From Bernardetiaceae bacterium (GTDB taxonomy: Bacteria > Bacteroidota > Bacteroidia > Cytophagales > Bernardetiaceae): a stretch of DNA of 39,789 nucleotides. A program made the translations under genes and the position numbers. Positions 1 through 8,866 of the stretch are shown one piece after another (position 1 is the stretch's first letter; every line of letters begins with the position of its first letter). The stretch lies in contig JAFIER010000230.1 in assembly GCA_020832465.1 (NCBI GenBank), positions 1 through 39,789 of the forward strand, in the 5' to 3' direction. Below the pieces are notes generated by a model that did not search any database, was not told the origin of the DNA, and saw only the letters and a list, made by a program, of their open reading frames with translations.

Positions 1-33
1 CATTTCTCAAAGAAATGTTATTTCTAAGCCCGT

Positions 34-57
34 TTTTCCATAACGCTATGGAAAAAT
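34..57. other. perfect hairpin: 10-bp stem tttttccata / tatggaaaaa with loop acgc
   Basis: Read directly. It lies just beyond the 3' end of the minus-strand CDS 227..955. Bases 1-25 (catttctcaaagaaatgttatttct) are a truncated copy of the palindrome at 16959-16991. Confidence 0.4.
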
Positions 58-226
58 ATTAGTAGTATAACTATTGGTTATCAACGGCTTGATAAGCACT
101 TATTGAAGCGAAAAAAATAACTTCTAGATGCTTTATATACACAAAAGATAGCAGTAAAGTTTCTTTTTAGACATTAAAATCTATCCTATTTCGGCATTAC
201 AAAGAGGATTTCTCCAGCTTAATTCT

Positions 227-955
227 TCAAAAAGCTAGCAGTGTCATACCGATGTGAAAACTTTGTATGGCACAATTACAATCAAGACGTTCGGTTTCGA
301 ATAAAGGGTTAAGTCTGTAGTAAGCAAAAAGTGCAATATTTCCATAGCCTACCCTTGCCTGAATGCCATAGCGAAAGGCTTGGGTATAAAAGTCATCTCT
401 GACTCGCACTTTGGGTGCACCTTTGTATTTGATTTTGCTACGTGCACCTATTTGGTAGCCCAATTTTGCGCCTAAGCCTACTCTAAATTCTCGCCCTTTG
501 ATGGGTGTGTGATAATGCAATTCAATAGGTACTTCAATAAAATCTAACGCTAATTTGGTTTTGCTTATATCAAAAATATCTTCAATTTCGGGAAAAACAA
601 GTTGCTCGCCTGCCTTTTCAATAGTGCGCAGCCTATCGAAGCGATAATTTTCAAACGAAAAACCTACACCAGGTAGCAGTTCAAAATGCTCCGAGACCTT
701 GACCTGCCCCAAATAAGCTAATGAAAATCCTACAGAAGGCATCTGAATGCGCACCTGCTCTGTATCCTGCCCGCGCCAACCATTGATACCAAAATCAAAA
801 ATTAAATAACCAGGCAGAATTTCTTCATAACTATGCTGACGCATAGATTGCGCCTCGGCAGCGTGGAGGCAAAGCAAGTGCGTTATTCCAACTATGCAGA
901 GCAATCTGAAAATATAAGCGTTCAATATTTTTGATAGGTATATAGAAATCATCAT
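227..955 (-). CDS. outer-membrane beta-barrel (porin-like) protein, 242 aa
   Basis: N-terminal hydrophobic signal-like segment. The body has alternating hydrophobic/aromatic beta-strand periodicity (GYQIGA, RVGYGNIALFAYYRL) and ends in F, as in Bacteroidetes OMP beta-barrels. No enzymatic motif. Confidence 0.45.
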   Translation of the reverse strand: MMISIYLSKILNAYIFRLLCIVGITHLLCLHAAEAQSMRQHSYEEILPGYLIFDFGINGWRGQDTEQVRIQMPSVGFSLAYLGQVKVSEHFELLPGVGFSFENYRFDRLRTIEKAGEQLVFPEIEDIFDISKTKLALDFIEVPIELHYHTPIKGREFRVGLGAKLGYQIGARSKIKYKGAPKVRVRDDFYTQAFRYGIQARVGYGNIALFAYYRLNPLFETERLDCNCAIQSFHIGMTLLAF

Positions 956-1083
956 AATTTGTTTTTTGTAGGTGATAAAAATCAGAATGCTCGTTAAAAA
1001 GTTATGATCAAGACTCCACTCCCTACTTCTTAATTATGCTATGCGCGCGCAGTAGGGAGCAGGAGTAAAAAGTAAACTAAATA

Positions 1084-2997
1084 TCAAAAATGCAAAAAAG
1101 CCTCTTTGCTATTGGCATAAAGTTTAGCATTGATAGCCGCAAACTTATCAGCTGCACTGCGTCTAAAAAAGGCGTTGCTCGAGTAGCGTCCTGAGGATAA
1201 GAAATACATCTGCTCGTTTTCCGTGAGCATTTCAAAGTAATCATTTTCTGCATCTTTACCAATAAAGAAATTATCATAATTGATAATCACATTAAACTTT
1301 TTACCAATTTCATCAAAAATCATACGCACTTGTTGCTTAAAATGTTTTACATCGGCAGCCGTATAAAGGTCTATACCTTCTAAGTTCATAAAAAGCAAAT
1401 TTTTATCCGCCTCATAATGGCATCGCGATTTCATATCGAGCACTTCTTCCCTTCTCAGGCCAAGTAATGCAGGCTCAAATATGCGTGCGTCCATGAGTTT
1501 TAAATTATCAGAAATAATGGGTACAAACCCCATTTTATCTAAAATATCTTTTTGCAAATCTATACCTGGTGCAATTTCTATGAGTTCCATACCCTTTTCA
1601 GTCAATTTAAAAACAGCTCTTTCTGTAATGTAATACACTGTTTGTGCCCTTTCCGTGGCATACTTACCGCTGTATGTAATTTGTGAAACTTTAGATAAAA
1701 ATTTACAATTTTCAGTATCCTTGATAATATGCAATTTACCATCTCTGACTTCAAATTGAGCTTTTGTAGTAAAAGTTCCCAAGAAATATACTGATTTTGC
1801 ATTTTGACTGATATTGATAAAGCCTCCAGCGCCCGCAAGTCTATCGTGAAAACGACTTACATTGACATTGCCCTCACCGTCGGCTTCTGCCATACCGAGA
1901 AAGGCTTGGTCTAAGCCCCCTCCGTCATAAAAATCAAATTGTGATGGTTGTGGAATAATTGCATCGGCATTGGCTACGGCCCCAAAACTAAGCCCGGCTG
2001 CGGGTATCCCACCAATGCCACCAGGCTCTACAGTAAGTGTGATATAATCTAAAATATTCTCTTCTTTTGCTACCGAAGCTACCCCTTCGGGCATACCAAT
2101 ACCGAGGTTTACAATGGCATTGATTTTAAGAAACATAGCCGCTCTGCGGGCAATAATTTTACGCTCATCGAGGGCTATATTGGGTATAGATGAATCGGGA
2201 ATGCGAATATCTCCAGTATAAGCTGGATTGTAAGGCTCTGCAAAGGTTTGGTCGTGGTGCTCGGGCGGTGCAACTACAATTGCATCGACAAGAATCCCCG
2301 GAATGACTACCATTTGTGGATTCTGACGCTGCCTTGTTGTTATACGCTCTACCTGCACAATAACTACCCCACCAGAGTTCTTTACGGCTTGCGCCGCTGC
2401 AAGCGAATCCAGAATAAGAGCCTCTTTTTCCATTGTAATATTTCCTTCGGGATCAGCCGTTGTACCACGTAACAAGGCAATTTGTATTGGAAAAGTTTTA
2501 TAAAAAAGATAGGTATCGCCTTCAATATCAATACGTTTTACAAGGTCTTCTGTTGTTTTTGTATTGATTTTTCCACCCTCAAGGGCTGGATCTACAAAAG
2601 TATGCAATCCGACTTTGCTAATCAGCCCGGGTTTGCCTGCTGCAATATCCCTAAAAAGTTGGCTAATAATTCCTTGTGGGAGATTATAGGCTTCAATTTT
2701 ATTTTGAAGGGCTAGTTTACCAATTTTGGGCGCAAGCCCAAAATGCCCTCCAATCACACGGCGCAGCAAGCCTTCGTGCGCAAAATGATTCAAACCACGC
2801 ATTTTGCCATCGCCTTGCCCGGCAGCATACACCAAACTTAACTGCTTGGGGGCGGCCGTCTGAACAAATCGCTCCTCGAGCGCAACTGCTAAATGCTCGG
2901 CAAAACCCGCACCAATAAAACCGCCTACAAGGACGGTATCGCCATCTTTTATCAATTCTACGGCATCTTGAGCCGATACTATTTTGTTGCGTAACAT
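1084..2997 (-). CDS. acyl-CoA:acetate/3-ketoacid CoA-transferase family protein (YdiF-like), 637 aa
   Basis: The N-terminal 520 aa are colinear with YdiF-type CoA transferases (DGDTVLVGGFIGAGFAEHL; LSLVYAAGQGDG; EAYNLPQGIISQLFRDIAAGKPG; VDPALEGGKIN; ALLRGTTADPEGN). An extra ~110-aa C-terminal extension is not recognised. Confidence 0.7.
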   Translation of the reverse strand: MLRNKIVSAQDAVELIKDGDTVLVGGFIGAGFAEHLAVALEERFVQTAAPKQLSLVYAAGQGDGKMRGLNHFAHEGLLRRVIGGHFGLAPKIGKLALQNKIEAYNLPQGIISQLFRDIAAGKPGLISKVGLHTFVDPALEGGKINTKTTEDLVKRIDIEGDTYLFYKTFPIQIALLRGTTADPEGNITMEKEALILDSLAAAQAVKNSGGVVIVQVERITTRQRQNPQMVVIPGILVDAIVVAPPEHHDQTFAEPYNPAYTGDIRIPDSSIPNIALDERKIIARRAAMFLKINAIVNLGIGMPEGVASVAKEENILDYITLTVEPGGIGGIPAAGLSFGAVANADAIIPQPSQFDFYDGGGLDQAFLGMAEADGEGNVNVSRFHDRLAGAGGFINISQNAKSVYFLGTFTTKAQFEVRDGKLHIIKDTENCKFLSKVSQITYSGKYATERAQTVYYITERAVFKLTEKGMELIEIAPGIDLQKDILDKMGFVPIISDNLKLMDARIFEPALLGLRREEVLDMKSRCHYEADKNLLFMNLEGIDLYTAADVKHFKQQVRMIFDEIGKKFNVIINYDNFFIGKDAENDYFEMLTENEQMYFLSSGRYSSNAFFRRSAADKFAAINAKLYANSKEAFLHF

Positions 2998-3293
2998 AAT
3001 TTACTCGCTGTATTTAAGGGTGTTTGTTTTCTGTAGAATAAACCTACTTTAAAACTACTGATTTTTTTTCTAAATACAGTGTAGTGGTGCATAAATTAAG
3101 AGTTTTTGAGTTATTCATCATAAAGTTCAAAGGCTGTAAATTGTTTTAAGTCAGTTAGCTTGGAAATTTACACCAAAAAGTTAAAATTTGTTTTGAAATA
3201 AAAAAATAACTTTGTACCTTGATCTTACGTTTTGATTTATAACGCCATAACTCGAATATTTAACCATTCATTAGCAACGTGCAAAAAGCGGTG

Positions 3294-3308
3294 TTGATAT
3301 CATATCAA
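3294..3308. promoter_or_regulatory. perfect 15-bp palindrome ttgatatCatatcaa 31 bp upstream of the SIR2-like gene start
   Basis: Read directly (7-bp arms around a central C). Placed in the 340-bp intergenic region where a promoter or operator for the 3339-7557 cluster would sit. Confidence 0.3.
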
Positions 3309-3338
3309 AAAACTAAGTATCTTAACTAACTAAACCCC

Positions 3339-4289
3339 ATGCCCGTACCAGATTATATTTTGGATAACATCATAGATAGCATTACCCATGGGAGCTGTAT
3401 CCTTATATTGGGTTCGGAGTTTCAGCAGCCACTCAAAGCGGAGCTGCTTACTTATTTGGGCTATCCCGAGAATAAAAATATTGAGTACCACGATGGTGAT
3501 TTTTTTTATTTCCAAGATAAGGCAAAGCTCACTGTAAAGAATCGCATAGGCAAGCGCATTCAGGGTTTTTATAACGAACATGAAATTCCTGATTTGTATA
3601 AAAAATTAGCGCGCATTCCCTTTGCGAGCTATGTATCACTCAACCCCGATATTTTACTTAATCGGGCTTTTGATGCCTTAGCTTTTGATTATGAGTTTGC
3701 ATATTACTGCAAAGGCGTAGCTATGAACGTCCCCGTAGAGCAACTTTTACCCGATAAGCCTTTGATTTACAACCTTATGGGGAGTATCAATAACTATGGT
3801 TCTATGATACTCACGCAGGAGGATTCTTACGACTATTTGATGTCTGTTTTAGATGAGTATAAATTTGATGACGGCTTAAAACAAAATCTTAGAAATATGG
3901 AAAATATTGTATTTTTAGGGGTTTCTTTTGACCGCTGGTATTTTAAGTTTTTAATCAAACTTTTGGGCATACAAGGCATAGAGCAGTTTGCTTTTGGCAA
4001 ATACGAAAACCTCGATAACGCCTCCAAACTTTTTTGCGAAAGCCACTTAGATATTACTTTTATCGATGACAATGTCGAGGAGTTTGTAGATGTGCTTCTC
4101 GAGCGTTGTGCAGAAGACGAAGTAGAACTAAGAAAACCCCTGCGCTTAGAAGAAATGATAGAAAAACTCAACTTTTTAAGGGAAGAGGAAGCTATTACCT
4201 CAGACCTAACTAAAAAATTTGAGCTCAAACAGCGCATTCCTGAGTTGGAGAGACAAATAGACGATCTTCGTACCCAAATAAATAGTTAA
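3339..4289 (+). CDS. SIR2-like (SIR2_2/ThsA-type) domain protein with C-terminal coiled coil, 316 aa
   Basis: A Rossmann-like start GSCILILGSEF. A block YVSLNPDILLNRAF resembles the TTNYD..LE motif. LIYNLMGSINNYGSMILTQEDSYDYL resembles KLHGS....lTe.DY. VFLGVSFDRWYF resembles the fIGYSl.D motif. The last ~60 aa are a heptad-rich charged helix (LRLEEMIEKLNFLREEE...ELERQIDDLRTQI). Confidence 0.5.
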   Translation: MPVPDYILDNIIDSITHGSCILILGSEFQQPLKAELLTYLGYPENKNIEYHDGDFFYFQDKAKLTVKNRIGKRIQGFYNEHEIPDLYKKLARIPFASYVSLNPDILLNRAFDALAFDYEFAYYCKGVAMNVPVEQLLPDKPLIYNLMGSINNYGSMILTQEDSYDYLMSVLDEYKFDDGLKQNLRNMENIVFLGVSFDRWYFKFLIKLLGIQGIEQFAFGKYENLDNASKLFCESHLDITFIDDNVEEFVDVLLERCAEDEVELRKPLRLEEMIEKLNFLREEEAITSDLTKKFELKQRIPELERQIDDLRTQINS

Positions 4290-4294
4290 AATTT

Positions 4295-5938
4295 ATGAAA
4301 TCTCGTTACCCTGGCGCAAACTCTTTTCAAGAGGACGATAGTCCGCTTTTCTTTGGGCGCGATAAAGATATTCGAACGCTCTCAAGCCGCATTCTAAGTA
4401 ATACGATTACCGTTTTGCATAGCAAATCTGGGCTAGGCAAAACATCTCTTTTACAAGCTGGCGTGCTCCCGCGCATTACAAAACAAAAGGATTTTCTAAT
4501 TATCAAAATTCGCTTAGGTGCAGCAGATTCAAGTGGCTCGCTGCCGCCTTTGCAAACCTTACAGCAAGCCATACCCAAAGAATCTACCTGGGCTGACGAA
4601 ATGCTCGATGACTCCCTCTGGAGTAGCATTAAAAAGCTCGAGCTTATGGGCAAACACAAAATTATTGTTGTTATAGATCAATTTGAAGAGCTTTTTAGCT
4701 ATCAAGAACAGGATATTATACATTTTAAAAATGGTATTGCTGAAATGATTAGCGAAAATATCCCAATCCGATTGCAAGAACCTATCAATGCTGCCTTAGA
4801 TGCCGATGAAGAAAATGAAGATGAAAACGAAGACCTCGAGCTGCTTTTTATGCCCGCTGATATCAAGATAGTTTTTGCTATTCGTTCAGATAAATTTAGC
4901 CTTTTGGGTAGAATCGCTGATAAAATTCCGACACTATTACGAAATCAATACGAATTGCAAGCCTTAGACAAAAAGGGCGCAAAAGATGCTATACTCAAAC
5001 CCGCTAATGCAGAAGGTGATTTTTACTCCGCACCTTTTGTTTATACAGAGGACGCTGTAAGTAAAATTTTGAAATACCTCACAGATAGCGATACACAACC
5101 CATAGAATCTACGCAGCTACAAATTCTTTGCGATAAAATCGAAAAACTACAACTCAAAGAAGTAAAAGTAGAAGACATTCCTGATTTTGAAGACATATTT
5201 TCAGATTTTTACTACGATACGCTCGAGCTTATAGAAGAGAGCGAACGCCTCGCTGTAAAGCGTTTTGTAGAAAACGAACTGGTAAAAAAAGGACAGCGCA
5301 TCTCACTAGATCGCAACGTATGTGAAGAGTTCGTAACGGATAAGCATCTTAGTATCCTTGTCAATGCACACCTTGTAAGAGAAGAACGCAATAATTTAGG
5401 AGGTACAAACTACGAACTAGCCCACGATACGCTACTTAGCCCTATTATCAAATCTAAAGAAATTCAAAAAGCTGAAGACGATAGACGTGCGCAAGCACAA
5501 AAACTCAAAGAAGCGGAAGCACTAGCCGAAAAAGAACGTGCGGAGTTGGCAAAAGCCCAAAAGCAAGTGCGAACCGTAAGACGTGCCCTAATTTTTGCCG
5601 TAGTCATGCTTGTGCTCGCTTTTGCAGGATTAGGCTATGCCCTTATCAAAGAAAAAGAAGCACGTTTGGCAAATAAAGATGCCAAAGAACAACGCGATTT
5701 TGCTAAATCAAAAGAAAAAGAAGCACTTGAAGCACTTGCAAAATTTCAAGAAGAGCAAGCCGCAAAAGAAAAATTTACCTTTGATGCACTTAAAAAACGA
5801 GCTAGTACTATTATCGACGCAGGAGGTTGCCCCGATGACCTCCTCCGAGAAATGAAAGAAATAACCGAAAACCACCCCGAAAAAAAACAATTAGAAAAAG
5901 AAACTTATGAACTTAAAACACGCTCAAAATGTCCGTAA
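4295..5938 (+). CDS. STAND/AAA+-type P-loop NTPase with C-terminal coiled coil and a single transmembrane helix, 547 aa
   Basis: FFGRDKDIRTL precedes Walker A HSKSGLGKTSLLQAG. Walker B is KIIVVIDQFEELF (hhhhDQFEE type). A long helical domain follows, then a charged coiled coil (AEDDRRAQAQKLKEAEALAEKERAELAKAQKQ). One hydrophobic helix ALIFAVVMLVLAFAGLGYALI is followed by a ~95-aa K/E-rich tail. The gene starts 6 bp after the SIR2-like gene and overlaps the next gene by 10 bp. Confidence 0.6.
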   Translation: MKSRYPGANSFQEDDSPLFFGRDKDIRTLSSRILSNTITVLHSKSGLGKTSLLQAGVLPRITKQKDFLIIKIRLGAADSSGSLPPLQTLQQAIPKESTWADEMLDDSLWSSIKKLELMGKHKIIVVIDQFEELFSYQEQDIIHFKNGIAEMISENIPIRLQEPINAALDADEENEDENEDLELLFMPADIKIVFAIRSDKFSLLGRIADKIPTLLRNQYELQALDKKGAKDAILKPANAEGDFYSAPFVYTEDAVSKILKYLTDSDTQPIESTQLQILCDKIEKLQLKEVKVEDIPDFEDIFSDFYYDTLELIEESERLAVKRFVENELVKKGQRISLDRNVCEEFVTDKHLSILVNAHLVREERNNLGGTNYELAHDTLLSPIIKSKEIQKAEDDRRAQAQKLKEAEALAEKERAELAKAQKQVRTVRRALIFAVVMLVLAFAGLGYALIKEKEARLANKDAKEQRDFAKSKEKEALEALAKFQEEQAAKEKFTFDALKKRASTIIDAGGCPDDLLREMKEITENHPEKKQLEKETYELKTRSKCP

Positions 5939-7557
5939 AAAATGTAATCAAAAGTATATTGCTACTACTCATTATATGCAACTCAAGCTTTTATCAAGCG
6001 CAGGCGCAGAGTAGCTACCAAGAAGCAATACAGCAAGGCGATGATGCCTTCAAAAAAGGAGAGTTCAAAAAAGCGATGCAAAAATACTTCGCCGCCGAAG
6101 CCTTCGAGCCTTCTAAAAGAAGTATAGTGCAAAGCAAAATTACGAGGGTCTTTGATAAGGTCGATGGTTTGCGAGAGCAAGCCCTACAAGCTGAAAAGCG
6201 AGCACGAGACTCCGAAGCCGATGCAATCAAAAACCTTGAACGTGCCTTGAAAGTGAGTTACGGTACGTATTTTTATGAAAATAGGTTTGCACCCGCTTAT
6301 AACTCAATAAATTTTCCTACAAATGGCTACCTCGGAAAATGCTATTTTATGGATAAATACGGCGACTTTGTGCCTAAACTCAAACTTTGGGAAGCTATTA
6401 TCAAAAGTTTTGGTAATGTGAATGGTAATGATTTTTTTATCGCTGATTATGCTATTGTCAAGAAAGAAAATGAACTTGTGTATTTATTGGATACGCTCGG
6501 AAATACGTTTTTTTATTATAACAATGAACCAAATAGCGAAAATAAACAACTTGCAGAAGTGCTTATCTTGAAGGGAAATGAAAATATAGAAGCGTTTAAT
6601 AATCAAATAGATGCAAATAAAGCACTTAAAGCACTCTTTTTAACGCCTAATGGTTTCGAAAATATCAATATAAATTTGTCAGAACGCATCGAGACACTTA
6701 CTGATTTGACAGATTTTATATCCCTTAATATAAATCTTGGCGCACTGCCCGAGAGTTTTACCAAACTCAAAAATCTTCGCAAAATCGATATTTATGCTTC
6801 AGATTTAAGCCATTTGCCCACAGGGTTTGATGCCTTAGAAAATATAATGGTTCTGAGCCTTACCGAGAACAAATTTCAAACTTTTCCAGAGGATTTGTAC
6901 CGTCTTAACAAACTCGAAGCACTGGACATTTCATATAACCAAATTGAGCACATCAACTGGTCGAATCTTGATTTGCCCAATTTGCATGAACTTAATTTGA
7001 GTTTTAATCGCCTCAATACGATTGCACCCGAAATAGGCAAATTGACAACACTGCGAAGCCTAGACCTCAGTAATAATCGTTTCGAAAAACTCCCTCAAAG
7101 CATACAAAAACTCACAAAACTCAAAGCATTTTATAACAACTTCCATAATTTTGAGCAAATACCACAATCTCTATTTGCGCTATCTAATTTAGAAACACTT
7201 GGACTCTCGAGAGGAAAAATTCAGGCTATACCTAACGAAATCAGCAAACTCAAAAATCTGAAAAACCTCAACCTATCTATGAATACCATTGAAAAAATAT
7301 CGCCGAATATCCAAACACTCAAATCGCTCATCGCTTTGAATCTGGCATTCAATAAAATAGAAAAACTACCAAACGAAATAGGAAAATTAGAAAGCCTGCG
7401 CATCTTAGAACTCGATGGCAATAAGCTCACCACAATACCCAAAGGTCTCTCACAACTCAAAAACCTTAAAGTACTTAGCCTTACGGATAATCCAATCCCC
7501 TACGAAGAGCAAGAAAAAATTCGTAAGATGCTACCCAATACTGAAATTAAATTTTGA
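5929..7557 (+). CDS. secreted leucine-rich-repeat (LRR) protein with N-terminal helical (TPR-like) region, 542 aa
   Basis: Signal peptide (ILLLLIICNSSFYQAQAQ). About 12 tandem 22-24-aa LRR units (LxxLxxLxLxxNxIxxIP, e.g. LEALDISYNQIEHI, LHELNLSFNRLNTIAPEI, LRSLDLSNNRFEKLPQSI). Confidence 0.8.
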   Translation: MSVKNVIKSILLLLIICNSSFYQAQAQSSYQEAIQQGDDAFKKGEFKKAMQKYFAAEAFEPSKRSIVQSKITRVFDKVDGLREQALQAEKRARDSEADAIKNLERALKVSYGTYFYENRFAPAYNSINFPTNGYLGKCYFMDKYGDFVPKLKLWEAIIKSFGNVNGNDFFIADYAIVKKENELVYLLDTLGNTFFYYNNEPNSENKQLAEVLILKGNENIEAFNNQIDANKALKALFLTPNGFENININLSERIETLTDLTDFISLNINLGALPESFTKLKNLRKIDIYASDLSHLPTGFDALENIMVLSLTENKFQTFPEDLYRLNKLEALDISYNQIEHINWSNLDLPNLHELNLSFNRLNTIAPEIGKLTTLRSLDLSNNRFEKLPQSIQKLTKLKAFYNNFHNFEQIPQSLFALSNLETLGLSRGKIQAIPNEISKLKNLKNLNLSMNTIEKISPNIQTLKSLIALNLAFNKIEKLPNEIGKLESLRILELDGNKLTTIPKGLSQLKNLKVLSLTDNPIPYEEQEKIRKMLPNTEIKF

Positions 7558-7577
7558 TAAATGACTGATACCTTCAA

Positions 7578-7608
7578 AACTCACAGTTTTCCAAAAAAAC
7601 TGTGAGTT
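7578..7608. terminator. hairpin aactcacagtt-(9-nt loop)-aactgtgagtt, 21 bp after the LRR gene stop
   Basis: Perfect 11-bp stem read directly. No U-tract follows. Member of the GAACT(A/C)ACA palindrome family. Confidence 0.35.
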
Positions 7609-7723
7609 ATAACCTGCCAACCCCGTTGAAAAATGTAGTATATTTTGAAGCGGTTATGCTACGAAACTAAATTTTCACCCTAGCTCCTGCTGATGCGCAT
7701 CGAGAATAAAAGAGAAGACTCTT

Positions 7724-8296
7724 ATGTTTGAATCTACAAATTTTGAAATAGAAAAGGACAGAAATACAATTTTAATTAAGCGTCAGTGGTTTAGAGTAGA
7801 GCATATACTCATCGCATTGGTAGCTTTAGCTTGGAATGGATTTATGTTTTTTTGGATTTTTATGTTTTTTAAAAGCAATGCTGAAACAAAAATAATAGTT
7901 TTTATGACTGTTGCCGCTACTATGCACATATTGATTGGTTGGTTCATGGCTTACTACTCGCTCTGTGCTTTTTTTAATAAGACTTATATACGGCTTACAA
8001 AGCACAAACTAAGTATAAAACACGAACCACTACCCTCTTGGCAAAAAAATATCGATATCGATGTATCAAAAATCAAGTATTTCTGGGTAAAAAGCGGTAT
8101 TTCAAAAAATATAGAACAAAGCAGTTCTCAAAAACCCGTTTATTATCTGTACAATTTGTGGTGTATGGATACAAATCAAAAAACTTACAAACTTATAAGC
8201 TATATTCACACAAAAAAATCGCCTGAACCCTTAGAAAAAATAAAACAAGAAATGGAGCAGTTTTTAGCATGTCATAAAACACAAAAATTAGACTGA
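7724..8296 (+). CDS. small membrane protein, two TM helices then a possible bacterial PH (bPH_2/DUF304-like) domain, 190 aa
   Basis: Two hydrophobic helices (ILIALVALAWNGFMFFWIFMFF; IIVFMTVAATMHILIGWFMAYY) are followed by YIRLTKHKLSIKHEPLP...IDVSKIKYFWV. This resembles the Y.iT..R....G......iPL..I motif of membrane bPH proteins. Weak. Confidence 0.35.
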   Translation: MFESTNFEIEKDRNTILIKRQWFRVEHILIALVALAWNGFMFFWIFMFFKSNAETKIIVFMTVAATMHILIGWFMAYYSLCAFFNKTYIRLTKHKLSIKHEPLPSWQKNIDIDVSKIKYFWVKSGISKNIEQSSSQKPVYYLYNLWCMDTNQKTYKLISYIHTKKSPEPLEKIKQEMEQFLACHKTQKLD

Positions 8297-8502
8297 TGAT
8301 ATTCCAAAGCAAAGAAAGAAAAAAATTATAGCTTTTTTTGGGGGGGAGGGGGCTGCATTATCTTATCAAATCTTCCAAAAGAATAATCGCATAAATTTGC
8401 TTTTTTTGAGGGGAGTTTGTATTATTGATTTTGTTTGGAACGGTGCGTGGAGATGAGTGCCATTTTAGAAAAAATAACCTATAATGAATTATTGGACTGA
8501 AC

Positions 8503-8656
8503 GGGTGTACGTCAAGTTGGTAAATCAACTTAGATAGTTTAAGCCTTCACAGTTTTTTAAGCTGTAGCCCGAAGCTCCAGCTTCGGAAGTGGCTTATAAC
8601 GAAGCTGGAGCTTCGTACTACAGGCAGTAAAAATTTAGCAAAATTGTCGTACACCC
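8503..8656. repeat. MITE-like palindromic element, copy 1 (154 bp)
   Basis: Termini gggtgtacg...cgtacaccc form a perfect 9-bp inverted repeat. Interior holds a 16-bp stem cgaagctccagcttcg / cgaagctggagcttcg (8570-8585 / 8600-8615). Ends (tcaagttggtaaatc ... ttagcaaaattgtcgtacacccg) are shared with the copy at 17910-17989. Confidence 0.55.
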
Positions 8657-8866
8657 GACTGAACTGAGCATAGAATAAGATATTCGTGGCAACAATAAAA
8701 TGTATCGAGACATCACGACCAAGTACAAAGATTATAACATCATGAGTGCGTTGGTTTTGAGAGAATTTTTGTATCAGGTTTAAAAATATCAATAATGAAA
8801 TACTATCTACATAGATTTATTCAAGAAAAACTGCAAAGCGTTACCGATAATAACGCTTACTTATTT

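Noticed and set aside
4327-4777. Minus-strand ORFs of 110 and 72 aa inside the NTPase gene, and other small ORFs of 60-130 aa nested in large genes (e.g. 1602-1838, 2248-2918, 3330-3581, 3833-4237, 5637-5890, 13356-14548, 21555-22887)
   Set aside because: All are antisense or out of frame within strongly supported genes and lack motifs. They are treated as spurious.
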